Shown: positions 62,601 to 64,000 of the stretch, piece after piece | How positions within the stretch are numbered: position 1 is the first letter of the stretch | Layout of the letters: every line of letters begins with the position of its first letter | Source: Minisyncoccota bacterium | GTDB taxonomy: Bacteria; Patescibacteriota; Minisyncoccia; Phycocordibacterales; UBA9973 | Length of the DNA: 64,000 nt | NCBI GenBank assembly: GCA_041664605.1 | Contig: JBAYKO010000003.1 | Coordinates: 6,858-70,857 of the forward strand | Direction of reading: 5' to 3' | Translations under genes and position numbers: made by a program | Notes under the pieces: model-generated | Told to the model about the DNA's origin: nothing | The model's database searches: none | The model's input: the letters and a program-made list of their open reading frames with translations, nothing else

Positions 62601-62867
62601 CTTAAGAGAAGCTTCATAAGTAAGCTTATTAGTCTTGGCATAATATTCGTCACACTTTGGTTCTCCTAGTGAGAATGACGTGAACTCTAATTGGAATTTT
62701 TTATCTGCATAGTCATTGATGGGAGAAAATTCCTTAAAAACTTCTTTCAAACCTTTTTCAACTAACCAGTTGAATGAGTTTATCTGGGTCTCAATTAAAT
62801 CCGGAAATTTAACCAAGGGCTTTCTGTATTTCGCAAAATACTTTTTTTCTATTTTGGTGCTTTTCAT
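59694..62867 (-). CDS. rpoB: RNA polymerase beta subunit
   Basis: LSQFM, TPEGPNIGL, GSNMQKQA, GDKLAGRHGNKG, GQRFGEME. Confidence 0.99.
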   Translation of the reverse strand: MKSTKIEKKYFAKYRKPLVKFPDLIETQINSFNWLVEKGLKEVFKEFSPINDYADKKFQLEFTSFSLGEPKCDEYYAKTNKLTYEASLKAMVKLTNKTIGGFKEQEVFMSDLPMMTAHGTFIINGVERVIVPQLARSFGVFFTDQEVKGKKYFGAKIIPARGAWIEIETDTDGTLYVRIDKKRKFPIASLLRALGFKNDQEILKAFPKELDQEILKLCLEKDLAKLPNESYIEIYKRLRDGDMATADNAKEFIESLFSAERYDLSPVGRFRFNSRFEKSMDPKELERRTISKEDLVSIISNVIELNSNPNAKADDIDHLGQRRVRFVGELLQSRIRVGMTQIKRNIQDRMSTIDAVTTLPVQVINQRPLQARIKEFFTTNQLSQFMNQENVLAELEHLRTLSALGPGGLTRERAGLEVRDVHTSHYGRVCPIHTPEGPNIGLILHLSNYARVNEFGIIETPYVKVHKGKITDEVHYLNALEEERFIIAHAGANYDEKGNLLDKKVEARIKTLPGFIEREKIDYIDVATNQAFSIATSTIPFLEHDDGNRALMGSNMQKQATPCIVPDVPLVATGMEELASRDSGRLIVAEEDGVITYVDANKIINKDTKGKEKVYNLVTFSRTNNFSSFHQRPITSVGEKVKKGDVLADTSSTAQGQMALGQNALVAFMSWGGSNYEDAIILSERLVKKSKFTSIHIEEFICIVRDTKLGPEITTRDIPNVGEAKLKDLDEEGIIRVGAEIRENDILVGKITPKGETELTPEERLLRSIFAEKARDVKDTSLRMEHGKKGRVISVKIFSRDQGHNLESGIIKKVVVEVAQIRNISVGDKLAGRHGNKGVISTILPEEEMPYMADGTPVDIILTPLGVPSRMNLGQILEMHLGYAANTLGYQAIVPTFSGASDVEIKAELKKANFPENGKVKLFDGRTGESFDQDIAIGYMYMLKLHHMVEDKIHMRSIGSYSLITQQPLGGKAQGGGQRFGEMEVWALEGYGASYTLREMLTIKSDDIIGRSQTFDSIIKGEKIKQPNAPASFSVMLNYLRGLALDVELNKKNSKEI

Positions 62868-63158
62868 AATAAAATAAAATACAAAGACAAAAAAATTGCC
62901 TTTTTATTAAAGGTTTGCCTCCCGCTAAAAAAGAGGCTTTAATTTATAAAAATTTTACTAAATAGTTCTTAGATTGACACCAGTAACTCAATCTCTCAAT
63001 CGAATATAAGTATATGGATTTCCTTAATAATGTCAACCCGGCAGTAGATCTTGATGTGGATAACAACAAGTCTCACTGCCGGGTCAAGGAATTATATGTG
63101 TATAAACAAAAAGTGCCTTTCCGCAAGGAAGGGCACTTTAAAAGGACAATTTATGAAA

Positions 63159-63452
63159 TTATTGTAGTCTCATAACAAATTTCTTGGGATTACGCTCTTT
63201 AACATAAGCTTCGACTTTCCATCCAGCTTCTTCATAAAGTCTTACTAATACATTCTGAAAGTTTTTAAAATATCTGTCTTGGATAATTTCGTCATCACTT
63301 TCAAAAATTACTGTAACTTTTGAAATAATAAACTGATCATCTATCTCTTTATTAATAGCTGTCATAAAATCAATAAGCTTGGCTTGAAAAAATGATGGAA
63401 GAATTATTTTTAAGGCATCTGTCTTTCTTTTAGCTGAAACGGGTACAATCAT
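63159..63452 (-). CDS. 97 aa ORFan
   Basis: Own promoter TTGACA(63514)-17-TACCAT-5-CAGAAA and terminator 63110-63139. Confidence 0.65.
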   Translation of the reverse strand: MIVPVSAKRKTDALKIILPSFFQAKLIDFMTAINKEIDDQFIISKVTVIFESDDEIIQDRYFKNFQNVLVRLYEEAGWKVEAYVKERNPKKFVMRLQ

Positions 63453-63589
63453 AATATCATTATTTAAATTACATTTTCTGAGTACATGGTATCATATAAT
63501 TAATTCTTTGTCAACAAAAAAATAACATACCAACAAACTGGAGTTTATTGGTATGTCTTTTCTATTTTCTCTTTTATAATATTTAATTC

Positions 63590-64000
63590 TTACCTCTTAA
63601 TACTTTTCTGTTTCCATTTCTCAATTTCAGCATGATTACCTGACAACAACACCTTAGGAACTTTATAGCTTTTATCTTTATGTTTGATTATTTCTGGCCT
63701 TGTATACATTTCACTTGTTGAAATTCTATTCTCTTCAATAGATTCTCTATCTCCCAATACACCATCAATTTGCCTTGAAACTGAATCAATAATTATCATC
63801 GCTCCCAATTCCCCACCAGTTAAAATATAATCTCCAACAGAAATTTCTTCTGCTTTTAATATTTTTTTAACTCGACTATCAATTCCTTCATATCTTCCTG
63901 AAATTATAATTAAATCAGAAAACTTTTTTGACCAATCTTTGGCGATTTTATTTGTAAACTTTTTCCCACTTGGCGATAATATTATTACTTTAGGTTTTAG
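63590..64000 (-). CDS. trmD: tRNA (guanine37-N1)-methyltransferase, 3' part; starts beyond window
   Basis: Frame extends upstream of the track ORF: ISGRYEGIDSRV, ISVGDYILTGGEL, YTRP, VPKVLLSGNH. Confidence 0.95.
   Translation of the reverse strand, partial: LKPKVIILSPSGKKFTNKIAKDWSKKFSDLIIISGRYEGIDSRVKKILKAEEISVGDYILTGGELGAMIIIDSVSRQIDGVLGDRESIEENRISTSEMYTRPEIIKHKDKSYKVPKVLLSGNHAEIEKWKQKSIKR

Overview
AT-rich bacterial chromosome segment, most consistent with Patescibacteria/CPR (Parcubacteria-like). Supporting features are the compact rpoB-rpoC-dnaG-rpoD block, short ProRS and EF-Ts, SWIB protein, WWNPFSW-type secreted protein and few Shine-Dalgarno sites; this is inference, not a phylogeny. 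Left end (1-5.9 kb): a lexA-led restriction-modification operon with two cargo genes, a SWIB gene and a Fic gene. About 6025-21846: a ~15.8 kb integrative element in the 3' end of tRNA-Ala(TGC), with a large serine recombinase whose C-terminus appears to be swapped by integration, a prim-pol/helicase, an HpaII-family RM pair, a RloC-like ATPase plus a HEPN-motif protein, and ArdC/SymE-like genes. The rest is housekeeping (ddl, uvrC/A/B, tgt, mreBC, proS, rpsB, tsf, tRNA-Thr, rpoD, dnaG, rpoC, rpoB, trmD) plus a class F sortase/ice-binding-protein locus. Two patterns are not explained by the annotation. (i) Seven ORFan transcription units sit between housekeeping genes and share one promoter architecture (-35 / 16-17 nt / -10 / 5-6 nt / CAGA[AT][AT]), a short SD-less leader and their own terminator. 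(ii) Several families of short palindromic elements are inserted in-frame inside uvrA, uvrB, uvrC, tgt and rpoD. All family assignments are from motif recognition by eye; no database search was run.
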